Translations under genes and position numbers: made by a program
NCBI GenBank assembly: GCA_010093815.1
Contig: ML996575.1
DNA from: Pseudovirgaria hyperparasitica
Lineage: Eukaryota
Direction: 5' to 3' (one strand)
Length of the DNA stretch: 64,000 nt
The notes under the pieces: model-generated
Database searches by the model: none
What the model saw: the letters and a program-made list of their open reading frames with translations, nothing else
What the model was told of the DNA's origin: nothing
Part shown: positions 13,217 to 27,190 of the stretch, one piece after another
How the letters are laid out: every line of letters begins with the position of its first letter
Position numbering within the stretch: position 1 is the stretch's first letter

Positions 13217-15565
13217 GCATGTGCATATACATCCTTACGACCTTTATTCGCGAGATGTGAATGTAGAAATGCTCACGATAGCATCGCTCATCGTCCTCTG
13301 CTCGATGCGTACGCTGCTCGCTGCTTGATTACTAGCAGCTCAGACACCAATCCATCCAATGCCCTAACTCCACTCGCGAAGTCAATCACTGCTGCTCTAC
13401 ACCGAGTCCTCTGCTCCTCTATCGCACAGTCCTCCAACCCCCTATCAGCCCCGCCTCGAGACCACACTCCTAATCCTTTATTTACTACGCCGCACTCTTC
13501 CACTTGACCACATGTCCCACCAGGTCACGCGCCCATCGATCCATTTCCCTCAAACGCTCTCGAGTCAAGCCCCCAGTGAAACCTTCCCTTTCAAGCATAC
13601 GGAATCTCTCATCACTACTGCGCAGCGAGTTACGGCACTGGCACTCTTAGCTTGGCCAACCTCGCGCTTCCAAGAAGCGCCTGCCGCGCGCATCTTGGCT
13701 GGATTGGGAGTTGGAGTGGGAGGGAGAGTCATGTGTGATTGTGATGAAATGCTGGGATCCCCCTTGCTTCGCAGTCTGTCTTATCCTGGCGATAACGATA
13801 TCCTTTGAGAACATACATCCTGGCGGGTTCTAGCGCGATCCTGATCCTCGCGGGAAGCCGGTGATGAGGAAGGACCCGAGAGTGCGGCGTAGGGTAACGA
13901 TTTTGTGGGTTACGATCGCGTCCTGGTGGACGGGTGGACCGTCGTGCTGGGACTGCGGCTGCGGCTGAGTGGCGAGAGGAGGCACATGTGAGGATGGGTG
14001 TTTAGGGGTTATAGGTCCTCGGTTTAGGGCGGTGACAGGGGATGTATTGGTATTAGTGTGTTTCTGTGACTTTGATGTTTACGGTGCAGTGCTTGGGAGA
14101 CAAGCTGTATTGGCATGCAGGGTCAGGCGAGACGGTTGGTATTGGAAGATTCAGGTGAATGTGTGAATCATGTGCATGAGTCGTAGTTGACTCGAGGTCG
14201 GATGGATTACTATGTCTTCTCATTGTGTTCTGGTGCGTGCACGCAAGTCGAGTGGACTAGGAATTGACAGTTCGTGGTCAAGATATGATTTTACTGTGTC
14301 ATTACATCTTCGAACTAGGTCTTCAGGTATGGTGTCACACTTGATACTGTCTATCCTCACTTGTATGTAAAGCACTAGCGATGCTCGGACAATGCTCTGA
14401 CTGACTACGTCATCGACAGCGAAGAAATCTGTCGCGTATGAGACTTAGTAACCTTTATGAGAGGCTTGGATGTTTCATTTCTCATGCACTCATTATTCTC
14501 TTGAAGTCATATAGAGGTCTGAACTCTCTAATCCATATATCAAATTGCTTTCTTAGACATACTCTGTCAACAGCCCGGCTCACACGTCGACTCAGCAAGA
14601 CTCAATGTTCTTCGATGCACAGACTCCTCATATATTCCACTCGTCTCTATTCACAATAAATCGTTCCTTCGTCACAAAACATACCATAATAATTCATGAC
14701 TCTGAGCTTTAAGACCATCGCGACATGTCAGACTTTCCAAGCTGCTGTTCTCCAAGACCGAGATATGCATTTCTGTTCCATTTGCGTTACTGCATACTAC
14801 TCATGTCAAGGACAGCTTGATGACTCAGGTTTGAGCTCACATTTTAGGATGAAGTTAGATGGAATAGCAGAGTCAGATAGTGCCAAGTGCTCGTTCAGGA
14901 GTCAGATCGGCCTTCTAGAAAGATTCACGCAAGTAGTGGAGACTTACCAAAGGGGAAGTTCCTTATGATGGAGATGTTTCATCGCTATGCTTATACGAAC
15001 TGTATGATGTGTAAATGAAGTATGTCTTAGTGTCATTTACGTTGAATAAGCTGTCAACATAAGACAGAACACATCCATGATACACTCTCATTATGAACTA
15101 CGCGATCGTATGCAACGCTTTATGCTCCCAATCACAGTTCACCTATAATGTTTCTTACTTCAGATGAACATGCGTTCGCATTGGAGATGTAATTGCTTAT
15201 TCGTCTGGCCGCTGCCGTCCAATGGTAGCTTTGGTTTCTGAGTATCATCCTAAACCCATATAGCCACTGGATATAAGCAGCACTTACACGCACGATAACT
15301 AATTATCCTTCCCATACAGAGCATTCTATGAGGCATGCACTATTCTCTTGCTGTACTCCTGGCCCCACGGCATAACCCGGCGGAGTTAACAGCTAGACAT
15401 TTGTAAGCCTGGGGCAGAAACCTGGACACGCCACTCTTAAACATGATGCGCCTTACAAATATGACTCTATCTATCTTATCCATATAAAGCACCAGACTCA
15501 CACGCTCAATTACAGCAGTAGAATCGCCCTTCAAACCGTCTCTCTCAGGCTCGCATACATATATC

Positions 15566-16338
15566 ATGGCATCATCCACCGCTGCCATCCTCCCACGACC
15601 CCGTCGCGTCATCGCATCAAACTTACCCCTGTCCGTAAACGCAGAAGGGAAGAATGAGCCAGGCGTCGAAGTACGAGCAGAGGTATTGCCGTCAGAGAGT
15701 CTCTTTGGAGGCACGCTGATCAGGCATCGCGTTGGCACACATAGACAAGTGCCTAGTAGCAACGATGGCTCGTAGGTGTCCCTGTCCAGCACAGGACGAA
15801 AAGCGTTATCGCTCCGTTGACTGACAGTGAAAGGGGCGAGCTGCCTCTCGACGATATCCCGGGCGCCGGAATCGCGCTTCCGGGTGGTTTGAATATTTAC
15901 TATCTGGACATTGCGCCTCGGACGGTTGGTGTGATGGTAGGCTCGCTTCCTTGTTTGCACAAAGCATTAGAAATTTGTACTGATAAGCAATAGCACCGCA
16001 CGACGTCTACGGACTATGTAATAGTTCTGAATGGCACACTCACTCTCACGACGCCCGATGAGCAAGCGTATTCTGTCATAGATGGGAAGCCGGATTATAG
16101 CCAGCCTGTGGAAACGTTGTGTAAAGAAGGGGAGGTTATTGTGCAACGAGGCATGATGCATGCGTACGTACAGTCGTTACTGGGAGACTGTGTGGGTTGT
16201 GTAGCTGACGAGTTCAGGATTTCGAATCACACGGACGAGTGGGTGCGTGCGCTAGGTGTCGTGATTGGCTCGGAGCCTAATCGTGTGAGTGGTGAGACGG
16301 GAGAGAAAGTTTTGAATGATGTATTTTTGAATAACTAG
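15566..16338 (+). CDS. Cupin_2-domain protein (4 exons)
   Basis: Hand-spliced over 3 short introns (first 15772-15833): MASSTAAILPRPRRVIASN...YYLDIAPRTVGVM|HRTTSTDYVIVLNGTL...GEVIVQRGMMHA|ISNHTDEWVRALGVVI. Matches the fungal cupin MHRTxSxDY and GDxVVQRGTxHAW motifs. Confidence 0.85.
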
Positions 16339-16407
16339 CTCATCTACATTGGCGAAGAAGGATAGTTATAAAGTGATAGGCTATGAACGTGTTGTCAGTT
16401 CTTCTTA

Positions 16408-17559
16408 TCAGCCCAGAGTCTTCCCTTTGAGGAAATCCCTGACTTCAGCAAGGCCTGAGATACCAAGCTGTTCTCCAGTTAGTATGGGGAAAGTTAGAGT
16501 GCCAATACCATTCAATACTCACATCTTTCGGCGTGATTAGCCCCAACTCCTTGACAGCTTTGTCGCCACCATAATAGCCGGGACTGCTAATGTATTCCAT
16601 CATCTCACCCAATTCCATACCCATCCCACCGGGCATAATCTTGTCCATAAACTCAACCGTACAACGCTGGTATTTGACCGGCTTACCCAAATTCTGGCTC
16701 CAAATTTGTGCTATCTCATCAAAGCTGATTTCAGTGCCATATGCCATGAGATTCTTGCCTGGGCTGGACTTCACGAGGGCTTTCACACAGATACCAGTAT
16801 CTTTCGTGGGATGGTACATTGGAATCTGCTTGTCACCATCGGTGGGAAAGCTCAGAACGTAGCCATTCGGGGTCTACCATAGTCAGTGGTGTACTTGCAC
16901 AGCAATTTCAGGAGCAAAGAGGAAACTCACTTCCTTAGGCGTCATCATATTCTCGAGGTTGGTCATGAAGAATGGAGGTTGGAAGAAGGATGATTTCTGG
17001 TACAGTTCAGGGTACGTGGTTTGTAGATACTCGACTACGCGCCATTTGCCCTCGAAATGGTAGTTCCACGTGATCTTTCCATCAGACCACTTCTTACTGT
17101 CGCTAAGGACACTCAAGACGAGAATGTCCAGAGTATCCGCGGTCGCCTGAGCTGCATCGACAATATTCTTGCCTTGCTGGATCTCAGCATCGTAGGAGAT
17201 GACATTGATGGGCTTGCCGGTATCTTTGGCTTTCTGCTGATTAGCGGGGATTCGCATTTGCTGCCAGAAGTCTGTGACTCCGAAGATGGCATTAGAGCCC
17301 TTGAATGCCGTCTTCAAGCTCGTGACATCATCTAGGTCGGCCCCGACCATCTCGACGCCTTTGTCACTCCATGTTTTGCTGGATGCTTTAGTTGGGTCAC
17401 GGCTGATGCCGCGGATCTTCCAGCCTGGCTCGTTTAGGAACGCTTCAGCAACTGACGCGCCCTTGAGTATGTTGATCAGTGGTTTGGTTGAGCACTGGAC
17501 AACATGGTACGAACCTGATTGCCAGTGATCCCAACGATAGTAATAATCTTCTCAGCCAT
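16408..17559 (-). CDS. NmrA-like NAD(P)-binding Rossmann protein (HSCARG-like), multi-exon
   Basis: MAEKIITIVGITGNQ|GASVA nucleotide-binding start, ADLDDVTSLKTAFKGSNAIFGVTDFW, EIQQGKNIVDAA and HFEGK. Short introns; last exon LGISGLAEVRDFLKGKTLG*. Confidence 0.88.
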
Positions 17560-20500
17560 TGCTCCAGGAGTGATGTGACTTGTACGTGTAAAATGTGCTT
17601 CTTGAGGGATAATTGAAACTCTCGAATGAGAAGCGAATGTACCGATAACCTGAATCAATGTTATTCAATCTGGAGCTTATATGTCAATCTGATGCTTGTA
17701 GCACGGACCCCGCCCCGCGATCGGTCCGTTGCGGAAAGTGGGTCTCGCACGAGAGATCGGTCATTGACAATTGATCTATCCGGATCGCTCTATTCGGTCC
17801 TTATAAGATCTTCTTGGTCTGAAAATAGGTCGCTGGAAAGATATGGTCACACACGACGTCAGCTTCGAGTTGAGTATGCTGTATTTCCTATGGCCACCAC
17901 CTCACGATGACAAACCGGTGCTCGGCCTTAACAGGCAGCAATGTTCACCACGGAATACGCCTCTCAGCTTCTGGCATTCCAAAGACTGTAGACATTGTGG
18001 TACCATGTAGACATGCAGGGTAATCTAGAATCCATGCATTGTCGGAATCCTATTACTCCTAGCACTCATACGCGAGGGGGTTTGCCCCTCTCTGCTTCTC
18101 TAGCTCAAATTTCTTATATCGTTGATCTTAAAGGTAGATACATAAGATGTGAGCATAAACGAGGGCCAAGACAAATAGGATTCAGGCGACCACCGCGTGG
18201 ACCTATCATCGGTCTGTTTAGACGACGGTGAGGCTGAGAGCCTAAACGGCGCTTCTATCAAGCGTTAGCCTGACTGACCCTAACATCAAACATGCGCCAT
18301 TAATAAACCACAGAAAAGGTATTTGATATGCTCAAGGGCCGCGACTGGGCAGATACTCTCAATCACAAGTCGTGTGTATACGCCACTCGATACTGGTGGT
18401 ATGAGCGTTCTCCACCTACCAACACTCCTACCGCCAACCGAGTCAAGAGATGTCTGCATCACAGTATTCACCTTACAGCTAGATACAGGAACTCCACGTA
18501 AGCTCAAAAGTCAATTCATATCCTTGGGGCGATAATAAAGATCACAAAGATAGTCCAATAACTGCTCCTAGATCGATATTCTCTTTTTCAACCAACGTAA
18601 TGTTAAAGAGCGCGGCGCTTAGCTGAATCTCAGGGTAGATATTCCGTAAACTTTGCTTGCCAGACTATCAACTGGCTAGACACTGGCTCGTTCGACAGCA
18701 GTTCGACTGCATCAAAAGCCAAATATAAAGATCCATACAGAACAGACCTGTATAGGGTCCAGGTATTTTAACTAAGAACGATACGAGAATCTAAGAGGCT
18801 TCAAATTAGCCCTGGATCACCATTAATATAAACTGCTAGACTAAAATTATGTCTGTGGTAAAAGTTTAAAAGTCTATTGGTGAGGTAAGAATTCGTCTTT
18901 ATAAGCATAAGCTCCTGCTATGTACGAACTGGATAGAGATCATAGTATGCGTATGGCCACTTCAAGACATATGCCCTGCGATGAACGTTGTACGGAATCA
19001 CAGCACTGGATGATATAACTATCAGTACAGGGGGTCGCAATATGTTGATAATTCTAACCTACATTTCACCATAACACCAGGCGAGAGCATGGCACCATCT
19101 AATTTCTCCCCCTTTTTTTTCGAGATCAATGCAGCCCTCAGAATGCTCTGATCTAAGGAATTGAGTTTATAGGTCATGAAGCACGCTCACCTAAAGATAG
19201 ATGAAGACGATTGCATAGTAGACAAATGGTAAACTCATTTTCGCCATGCTCTGATAATATGATTCATGGTAGAATCCTCGAGGTCTCTGGTGACCTAGCC
19301 TATCTATCTTATAAAGGCTGTTCACATCATTCGTACTGTAGTCTCAACATATGAACACAACTCTGGGAAGCTTGACATACTTTTGGGGCGGATAGAAAGA
19401 TCATTTCGATAGAATTATTAACCGGCTGCACATTCCTCGAGGCTTTCTGCGACAATTTTCTCGGGCCCAGATTCCCGAGACATAACTCTCCGGATGTTGT
19501 TCAATATCAACATTCGCATGTCTGGCGATTCAAATTTCAGTAAACTATGGGAACTTGCGACCTACGAGCTTAATCGAATGCTAGCGTGTCAAGGACCCTA
19601 CGAGTCTCACGATCGATGAGAACCAATGCTTAAGCTTACTTCGGCAGTGCAGGTCGCGACTTTACATATACTTCGTGGGCATCTATAGCGAACAGGCCAC
19701 CGTTTGTGCGTCTGCGGAGCTGGTGTGCACGATGTTTGGTCACAACCATGATAATATTCCTCAACAGACTTCGACAGACCCTGAAAGACACCTAGATCAA
19801 TGGAGAACCCTGCAGCTCCTAGTATGTGCACATGAGCGAATCGTGCCTGGGAGTTCCACTAGTAGATGCGATATATACCCAATCCAGTCACTTAGATACA
19901 GATAGAACGGGTCACTTATATCACCCAGATAGTCTCGTCAGAGCGCGAAGCTGCATTGTACGAAAGACACTAATTTCATCAATATCTCAGACGATGGTCT
20001 ACTAAGAACTACGGAATGTATAGAGAATTAGACGTAGACTATGTCCGATATCACGATGTAGATGTTTATAGTACTCGGTAGGACTGATATCGTCAAATAA
20101 TGCAGTAGATAAACGTGCTAGACCCTAGCGGTCCTTGACGCGGATATCACTCCGACATATATATCCGTATCGACACTATATTATATCAACTATACTCATA
20201 TAGCTATGAAACATGAATCTAGTGCTTGCTTGGATAATAGCTACGATGATATAAGGGTTCCTGATCGAATAAATCAAATGTAGTTCTGCATTGCGTACTC
20301 TGCCGATGAGTAGTCGTAATGGGCTACCCATCAACTAACCTATCCTGGTCTATAGTAAGACACCACACTTCTATCCTTGTCTCTGTTAGACTTTCAAACC
20401 AGGTTGTTCGTTTCTATACCTCTCCGCCGATCGGATATTAGGCATATGAATCGACTCCGCAACACTCAACGAGCTCATGATAATCGAAAACTCATCATTT

Positions 20501-20599
20501 TCCTCGGAACGGTCTCGATGGTATAACACACATACGCGTAGATAGGTCTACTATCGAAGGAACCTATCGCACCTCGCGCCGTTCATGAGGCCTATCGCA

Positions 20600-21003
20600 C
20601 AGTATAATAGCAAAGAAGCAAGAACAGATACAGATCTACATGAGTGGCACGAGAAGAGGTACCTGGAGGCGTCATGCATTTGTCGTTACTAAAAGCAGCG
20701 CCCTTGAGAGACCGGATACGCTTTCCGTCCATTGAAATGCAACGGTAGATCTAGATAGAGGGATTGAGAGTTGCATGTGAGGAAACGAGGATATTGTTGT
20801 GCGACGCGTAAGACACGGGCCCGACGAAGGTAAATGGTTCTGTTTCTCTCCCGTGTAAGACTCAGGAGGCGGCATTTGCGCTTACAAGACTGGAGGCTGT
20901 CGTGCAGTAAAGCCTTAGTTGCAGATATGGCGCTTGAGCTGTATGCAACCTGACCATCATTTGCGTTGTCACCTGCATGTCTTTTCCGCTTTCGAAGGAT
21001 CAT
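20600..21003 (-). pseudogene. Relic of an F-box-like (RLLSLPxELRNxIY-type) hypothetical gene
   Basis: Reads MILRKRKRH...KCRLLSLTRERNRTIYL...QGRCF**QMHDASRYLFSC, resembling the LLxLPxELRxxIY...LLxTCxQIHxEA pattern common in Dothideomycete hypotheticals. Tandem in-frame stops. Boundaries approximate. Confidence 0.4.
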
Positions 21004-21678
21004 TGAACCCGTCGTAGATAAAGCAAAGCACAAAGATTTGTTGCTCGATAGTCAAAATATGTTAGGGTGGCCTGCGGCTTATAATGGTGGGAAACGTCTG
21101 TCTCGAAAGAGAAAGGCAAGCAGGTTGGGAATCGAAAGACATGCTAGGCCGGAGATTGAGTGTATCGACCGTGAGGTTACGCGATTTGTACCTAGTAGAA
21201 GACAATGGTAGCTGCAGCGGTTCGTCGTACACATGCACGCATCCTTGTTGGCGTAGGTAAGAGGCAAGCAAGGTGAGGTGTTGATCTGGGGTTGAAATGG
21301 CCCATGTGGAGGCGCTCGGCTCGTGCTATGGAGGGGATGGATCCTGGTGCACGCTAGCTCTAACTCGCCTAGCCAGCTCGGAGGTTTCCGTAAAGTGGAA
21401 CTGTGGCTGTGAGAGTGGATATTGAGTGTGTATAATCGAAATAGTCTTGACTAAGATCCGCTTTGGGTATCATGCGCCAGATGTCTGTTCTGTAAAGAGA
21501 TGCAAACCCTCCCAAGTCTCCAAGATTGATACCAGTGTAGAATAACTTGTCGAACACTCTCCCCATATGCAAGCCAGATTTTCAGAAAGCACGTTTTGGT
21601 GTTGCCCTCCGTCTCTTACTTCGATCGATGGCCTCAATATGTGAGCGAGAATTATACTGACTATGCATCGTTAAGCTT

Positions 21679-22502
21679 TCAATATTGGCCTCCACCACCT
21701 TGCTGTCCGCCATAGCCCTGGCCAGACTGCCCATAACCACCTTGGTTGTAGCCGCCACCACCACCACCGCTGTAGGAGGATTGTTGACCATAGGATTGTT
21801 GGCCATATTGCTGCTGACCACCGCCCCAGCCTGGGAGTTTTCGAGTCAGCCGAAGAATACAAGTGATGTTGCAAGTTGCTTACCACCGCCACCTCCTCGA
21901 CCGTAACCACCTCCACCTCCTGAACTTCTTTAGCGGACATGGGGTTAAGGGGAATATGCAAGCATACCATAGCCACCACGGCCTCCTCGACCACCTCCGT
22001 AGCCGCCTCCAGAACCGGCCCTGTCGGTGTTGTCCTTTGCGTAATCGACACGGATCTGACGACCATCAAACCTGAGTCTCGTTATTAATACTGTTGGAGC
22101 ATTTCGCAAATACGAGGTAATTCAACTCCTCGCTGCAGTTTTGGACGGGTGGGGTCTTACTCGGTGGGCTCTTCGAAGGCTCGCTTGGCTTTGATGGAAT
22201 CGTTCAATTCTTCGTAGCGCACAAAGCCAAAACCTCGGCTCCTGCCGGTGTCGCGATCTTTGACGACAGTCTGCTCTTGTGTCAGGACGCGCAGGTTTGT
22301 TTGTAGGCAGTAGCGGCAACGTACAGCCTCGACTACAGAACCAAATTCCTCGAACTTCTGACGAAGGGTAGCATCATCGGTGTGCCACGCAAGCCCACTA
22401 CATGAGCTGATTAGATAGTCTGTCTGATGAACGCTAGCCCGAGACATACCCAACGAAGAGCTTGAGAGTAGCTTCCCGATCCTGTTCGCCGGAGTCTTGC
22501 AT
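21679..22502 (-). CDS. Glycine-rich RNA-binding protein (single RRM plus G/Y/Q-rich tail), 6 exons
   Basis: RNP2 [16 protein letters not shown]1 [10 protein letters not shown] and [11 protein letters not shown]. The tail GGYGGGRGG...[14 protein letters not shown]...GGGGQY* is assembled across five canonical introns. Confidence 0.9.
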
Positions 22503-24567
22503 GTTGCGCTTTTGACCGACGTGCGGCTTTCTCTGTGCGATGCGATTAGAAAAGTGGTAGACAAGATCTTGCCAGGAAGTGGAAGAAGGATAGAGAGTGC
22601 GCTTGGATGCGCCGCGCAACGTACGAGGCTGTTTGGTGAGGATGAGGTGAGGTAAATTTGGGACTTCACAAAGTGAGTGATAAGCTCGTAGTCGACGAGA
22701 GATAGAAGGTGATGTGAAAATTGGAAAAGTGAGACTGTTTACGAAGGTGAAAGAAGGAATGTTAAGTGTCAGGCAAGAGTGGAAGAAAGAACGACCCCTC
22801 TTTCCGTCGGGTCAGAAAGGCGCTAACGGAATCAACTCACTTACTACCACCTGAAGGGTTGATCTTTCGTACACGGAAACTGCGTAGGTATTATGATGAA
22901 TGGTCTAGTCTTTCGGCTGATTAGTCCACGGTCGTCGATGATGGCAACTTCGGGCTCAGACTCTCAGAACAACGACTGCGAGAATGGAGAGAATGTGCAG
23001 CCGGTGAAGAGATTGACCAGACTGTCCGTGTAAGTGAACTGCGCGTCATTCTCCATGGCATGGACTGTCTTGTCCGCATCGGCATAGTCTAAACTGCTCA
23101 GATGCAAGAGGTGGACACGGGACCAGGCTACCATGCGGGCCATTCATTACGGACCATATGTGGCCTTATAGGGCACCAATAAAAGCAAACGGCCGAGAAA
23201 GCTCAGCTCAGTGGGCCATCACCAGTGGAATCCTGAAGCCGTGATAGGCGAGGCGATGAACGGAAGCTTGCTAGATCAACCAAAGGGCATGGGCATTCTG
23301 GACATCTCCATGGACTCCACAGGCTGCGTGGCTGGTAGTAGACACGAATCATGTTGAGGCATCAAAAAAGGTGCTGGTAGACGCAGGGACCAGGATTGTT
23401 GGCAGACGCAGTACATTGGCTGTATCTGGCCACCAGCGCTGACGGCGGGTCACTGACACCAATTAGTAGCATGAGCATGAACTTGTTCGCCGAAAATCGA
23501 TGGCGTCAACCGGCGATGGTCGCTCTGGTCGACTCCTGGTGATCATTGGCAGTCCGCTAGTGTGAAGCGCGGAGAATATTGTAACAGGTGCTGCTACATA
23601 AGGTACGTACCCTCGACTCCCCGAGAGTTATTTTATGATTTGCCCAGTGCCTATTATGTATGGTTCTGGCTTGGCTCTGTTCTGTCACTGATGACTGCTT
23701 CAAAGCTACCGTCTCGTACTCACAGGTCGGGTCCTCCTATCAAGCGTCGACAAGATCATCGGAGCTGGCCCCTGACCTTGATACAAGGCAGACCCATTGC
23801 AAGGATTCTCTGCAGCATCTGGCTTTCCCGCAAGCCTACCTATGGACCGTGACCGTGTTTGTGAGAGAGGCCTGTATGAGTTATGTGTTTGCTGCATTCT
23901 GCATTCTGCATTATGCACAGGTATGCGCCATGCATGCACCAGGGCCGTATGCCATGCTGGGAATGAGAAGAGGCGGCGCGATTTTCCTTCCGGCTGGCGG
24001 ACGCTAGACACCTCGGCTAAGCCCCGCGGGACCAATGGATTGGCATTCTAATTATTCGATCTGGTGTTGCTGTGATTAATGACATGGTATTAACGTGCTA
24101 TCATTATACGACAAGCCGGACCGTTATATGTATGTCACGTGGTCTCGGAGTTTCGCATCTACTGTAAGTATTATTAACACATCACTTGTTCTCCATTTGC
24201 AACTCGCTGTAAGAGCGTAGCAGCTTTGGTCCAGGGAAGACTTATGGTGTCAACACAACTGGTCGTAGTATTATACACCAGACGGCAAGGCTGTCTTTAC
24301 ACTATCAATTCTTTCAGATCCTGACACCTAACTACAGAGCTTAATAAGACTTACAGAATGTTCTCATGGTCTGGGTCATTTGACCTTTTAACATTTGATA
24401 CTGTATCTGAGCAGTACACGTGCCACTTCACGTTTCTCTTCATGTTCAATCGTGTTGCATACCTAAAGCGAGAGGATCGGACGTGTGTAAGTCATGCAGC
24501 AGGAAAGTTGAATAGCAGAAGTATTTCATCTGTGTAGAGAAACAATTAGGCTTTTGGTACCATCAGC

Positions 24568-26691
24568 ATGGGGCAGCCGCTCCAGACGATTGCACTTTCT
24601 CGAAATGATCTTGAACAAACCTCAACTTACGATACTTCTGCTACTTCCGAGCCACACCTAAATCCGTGGAGAAGCATGGATATCAAGCGATGGCTGGATG
24701 ACACCTGGTTGGTAGAGGAGGATAACAACAGCATTGAGCAAGCTGGAGCCAGCGAAACGAAGAAGCGGAAACAATCTCCCAGGCATCCGTCTGACAGCTC
24801 CATTATCCAGCCTGCTTTTTGCACATTCGCTACACCCCAGGAAACCACAAATGCTCGCGATCGAGTTCTACAGAAGGCTGAAGCATCCACGCGTTCGTCT
24901 AGCTGTTCGAGCCGCTTGACTCGGAGCTCTAAAACTTCCAGTGACCGATATGATCGAAAGCCTAGGCGCAAGACTCGGACCGATCGATATGAGTACAAAG
25001 AAAGCGAAACAAAGGACTGCAGAGACCAGAACAGGAAGAAAGAAAAGCACCATCGTAAAGCCGAACGGAAACGAAAGGGCAGGGAGAGGCGTGAGAAGCG
25101 TGGCGTGGGCATCGTGCAGTCTTTTCATGCAAAGAATGTTAAAAAGGAGCGACTCACGGTGCGGCCGTTGTTACAAGGACTAGGACCTTCTCTGACCATC
25201 ACTGCAGCTCAAATTGTCGGATTCGGTCGGCTTGTTCGGGCGCGGGAAGGCCTCGTCGCCTGCTAAGGGTCGTGGATGTAACAATGATGCCACTACAGCT
25301 CGACAAGAGGCTGACTTCGTGCAGTACCTGATTTGGTTTTCTCGGAAATGCGCTTCTTGCAAAAGCGAAAGAAGCCGTCCGAGGAACAGCAGAAGAGAGA
25401 AGCTCAAACAAAAAGGAGGAAAACCAAAGACCAGACCAGAAGTAATGAGCAAGAGATTTCGGCGTACTTCAAAATGCGAGATCAATCATCAAAGATCGAC
25501 CATATAGGACAGGTGCTTCATGAGCCATGCCATCTAGTTCCAGAACGTGCTAGATGTAGAGCTGCCGAAACATCCGGTTTCACACAACCTGACGTGGAGC
25601 CCTCGCAGAAGGCGTCATCAGCTCGAGAGACTCGAGGCATGCAGCCACCTAGCAGTAGCTACTTACTATGGTCTGAATCGATCAGAGCAACAAGTGTAGG
25701 AATACCGTCAGGCGAGATCGCCAAGGATGAAACCTCGATGAAACTTGTGTCAGGTGTCTCCATACGTCCTCGAGTCGTCGGTGATCATTGCAAACCTATT
25801 CACCGTGCTTTCGAGCAAATGAGGCCAGTCAGAACATCCGAAGAGGGCCAGCCCAGATCACCAATTAGGTCCAGAAGTGAGCCTGTGGTGGGAGACATCA
25901 GCAGCCTTCCTAGTCGACCAGTCGTGCTTACGCCCATCATGATTGATTCAGGCTTGTTTACAGCTAAAGCTTCATCAACTCCGACGAGAAACATCAGGAC
26001 AGTATGTAGTCCATTACATGCACTCAAACAGCCAAATATCGAGCTTGAACCTCATAAAATAGATCCCCAGCAAGAGGAGTATGAATCGGGCATTCCTAGG
26101 GAGTTGCATAGAAGTGCCGACGCGACTCTTACCACCTCACATGGAGATATGTGCGATATTGAACCGAGAAGCTCTTCATCCCTAGCTAAAATTCTTATGA
26201 CGTGTGAAAGGGCCACCAGTAAGCCTTTATCTAGCACAGTGAGAAATGAATATAGGGGATGTTGCGCGCCGGCGCATATGCTCAGAGACCATACAGCCGG
26301 TGCACGCATGTTGCCTGATACAGACCAGTCGGCAACATGTTCACCCTCATTTGGCATCATGTCGTCTGAAGCAGGACCACTGGAGGCCCGGAATTCCTTC
26401 TTTGCGTCGGCGGATCAATGGAATTGGGAACATAGGTCAGTTCAAGCCCCTTGGATACCTGAAATCGAAGGAGATGGCGAAGATCTACCGGAGGAATATG
26501 TTGAAGGGTCTGTACAGGGACCTGCTTTCGAGACTCTAGGCTCGACGTTTGTACAAGGTGGGATTGACCTATTCGATATTGAAAAAGGGAATTCTGACGA
26601 GTTTGACGAAGAATATTGTGATCGGAGCGAGACCAAACGGGATGAGAATATAGTATATGAAGGACTTCGACGCCCAAATAGGCTGTATTGA
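24568..26691 (+). CDS. Conserved hypothetical, Lys/Arg-rich, largely disordered protein
   Basis: Introns 25159-25207 and 25278-25324 join FHAKNVKKERLT|LKLSDSVGLFGRGKASSPAKGRG|LPDLVFSEMRFL, a motif recognised from Pezizomycotina hypotheticals. Ends RRPNRLY. The real start may be the downstream ATG (MDIKRWL). Confidence 0.75.
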
Positions 26692-27190
26692 ATGATATAG
26701 ATATAAGTCGAGTCTGCACCGCAAACTGAAAAGCGAAGAAGCTCGTTGCCAATTCACAATGACTTGAAAACAGTTCGTGTGGCTTACTAAGCTTGGCACG
26801 AGACTTACTCCATATGTCGTAGCGCATCCCTGAAGCAGTTCCGGACGCAACAAATCTTTCCCGAGGTCCCTCCATCACTGGTTACAGTGTGTCTCGTGAT
26901 TATCGTGGACGAGAGGGCTTAGGGGTTTGACCAGGAGCTCTAACCAGGAGCTGATGAGGATCCTTCGAGCAATTGACAGCAACAAAGCCAAAGGAGGCCT
27001 CTTCTCAATTTGTCCATTCAGGCGTCGGGTAGTCTTACACAGACTGCCGACCGTGACGATTACTACGCTGGCCGCCACTTCATCCCGGGAATCGGCCAAC
27101 CCCACTACGGCCAGCTCAACGCCCACCAAATTTCAACACCGATCATCCCAAATAGCTGGCCACTTCAAACAATCACACTCTATCGCTAGT

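Noticed and set aside
15340..15960. 206-aa minus-strand ORF
   Set aside because: Antisense to the well-supported spliced cupin gene, with no recognisable motifs.
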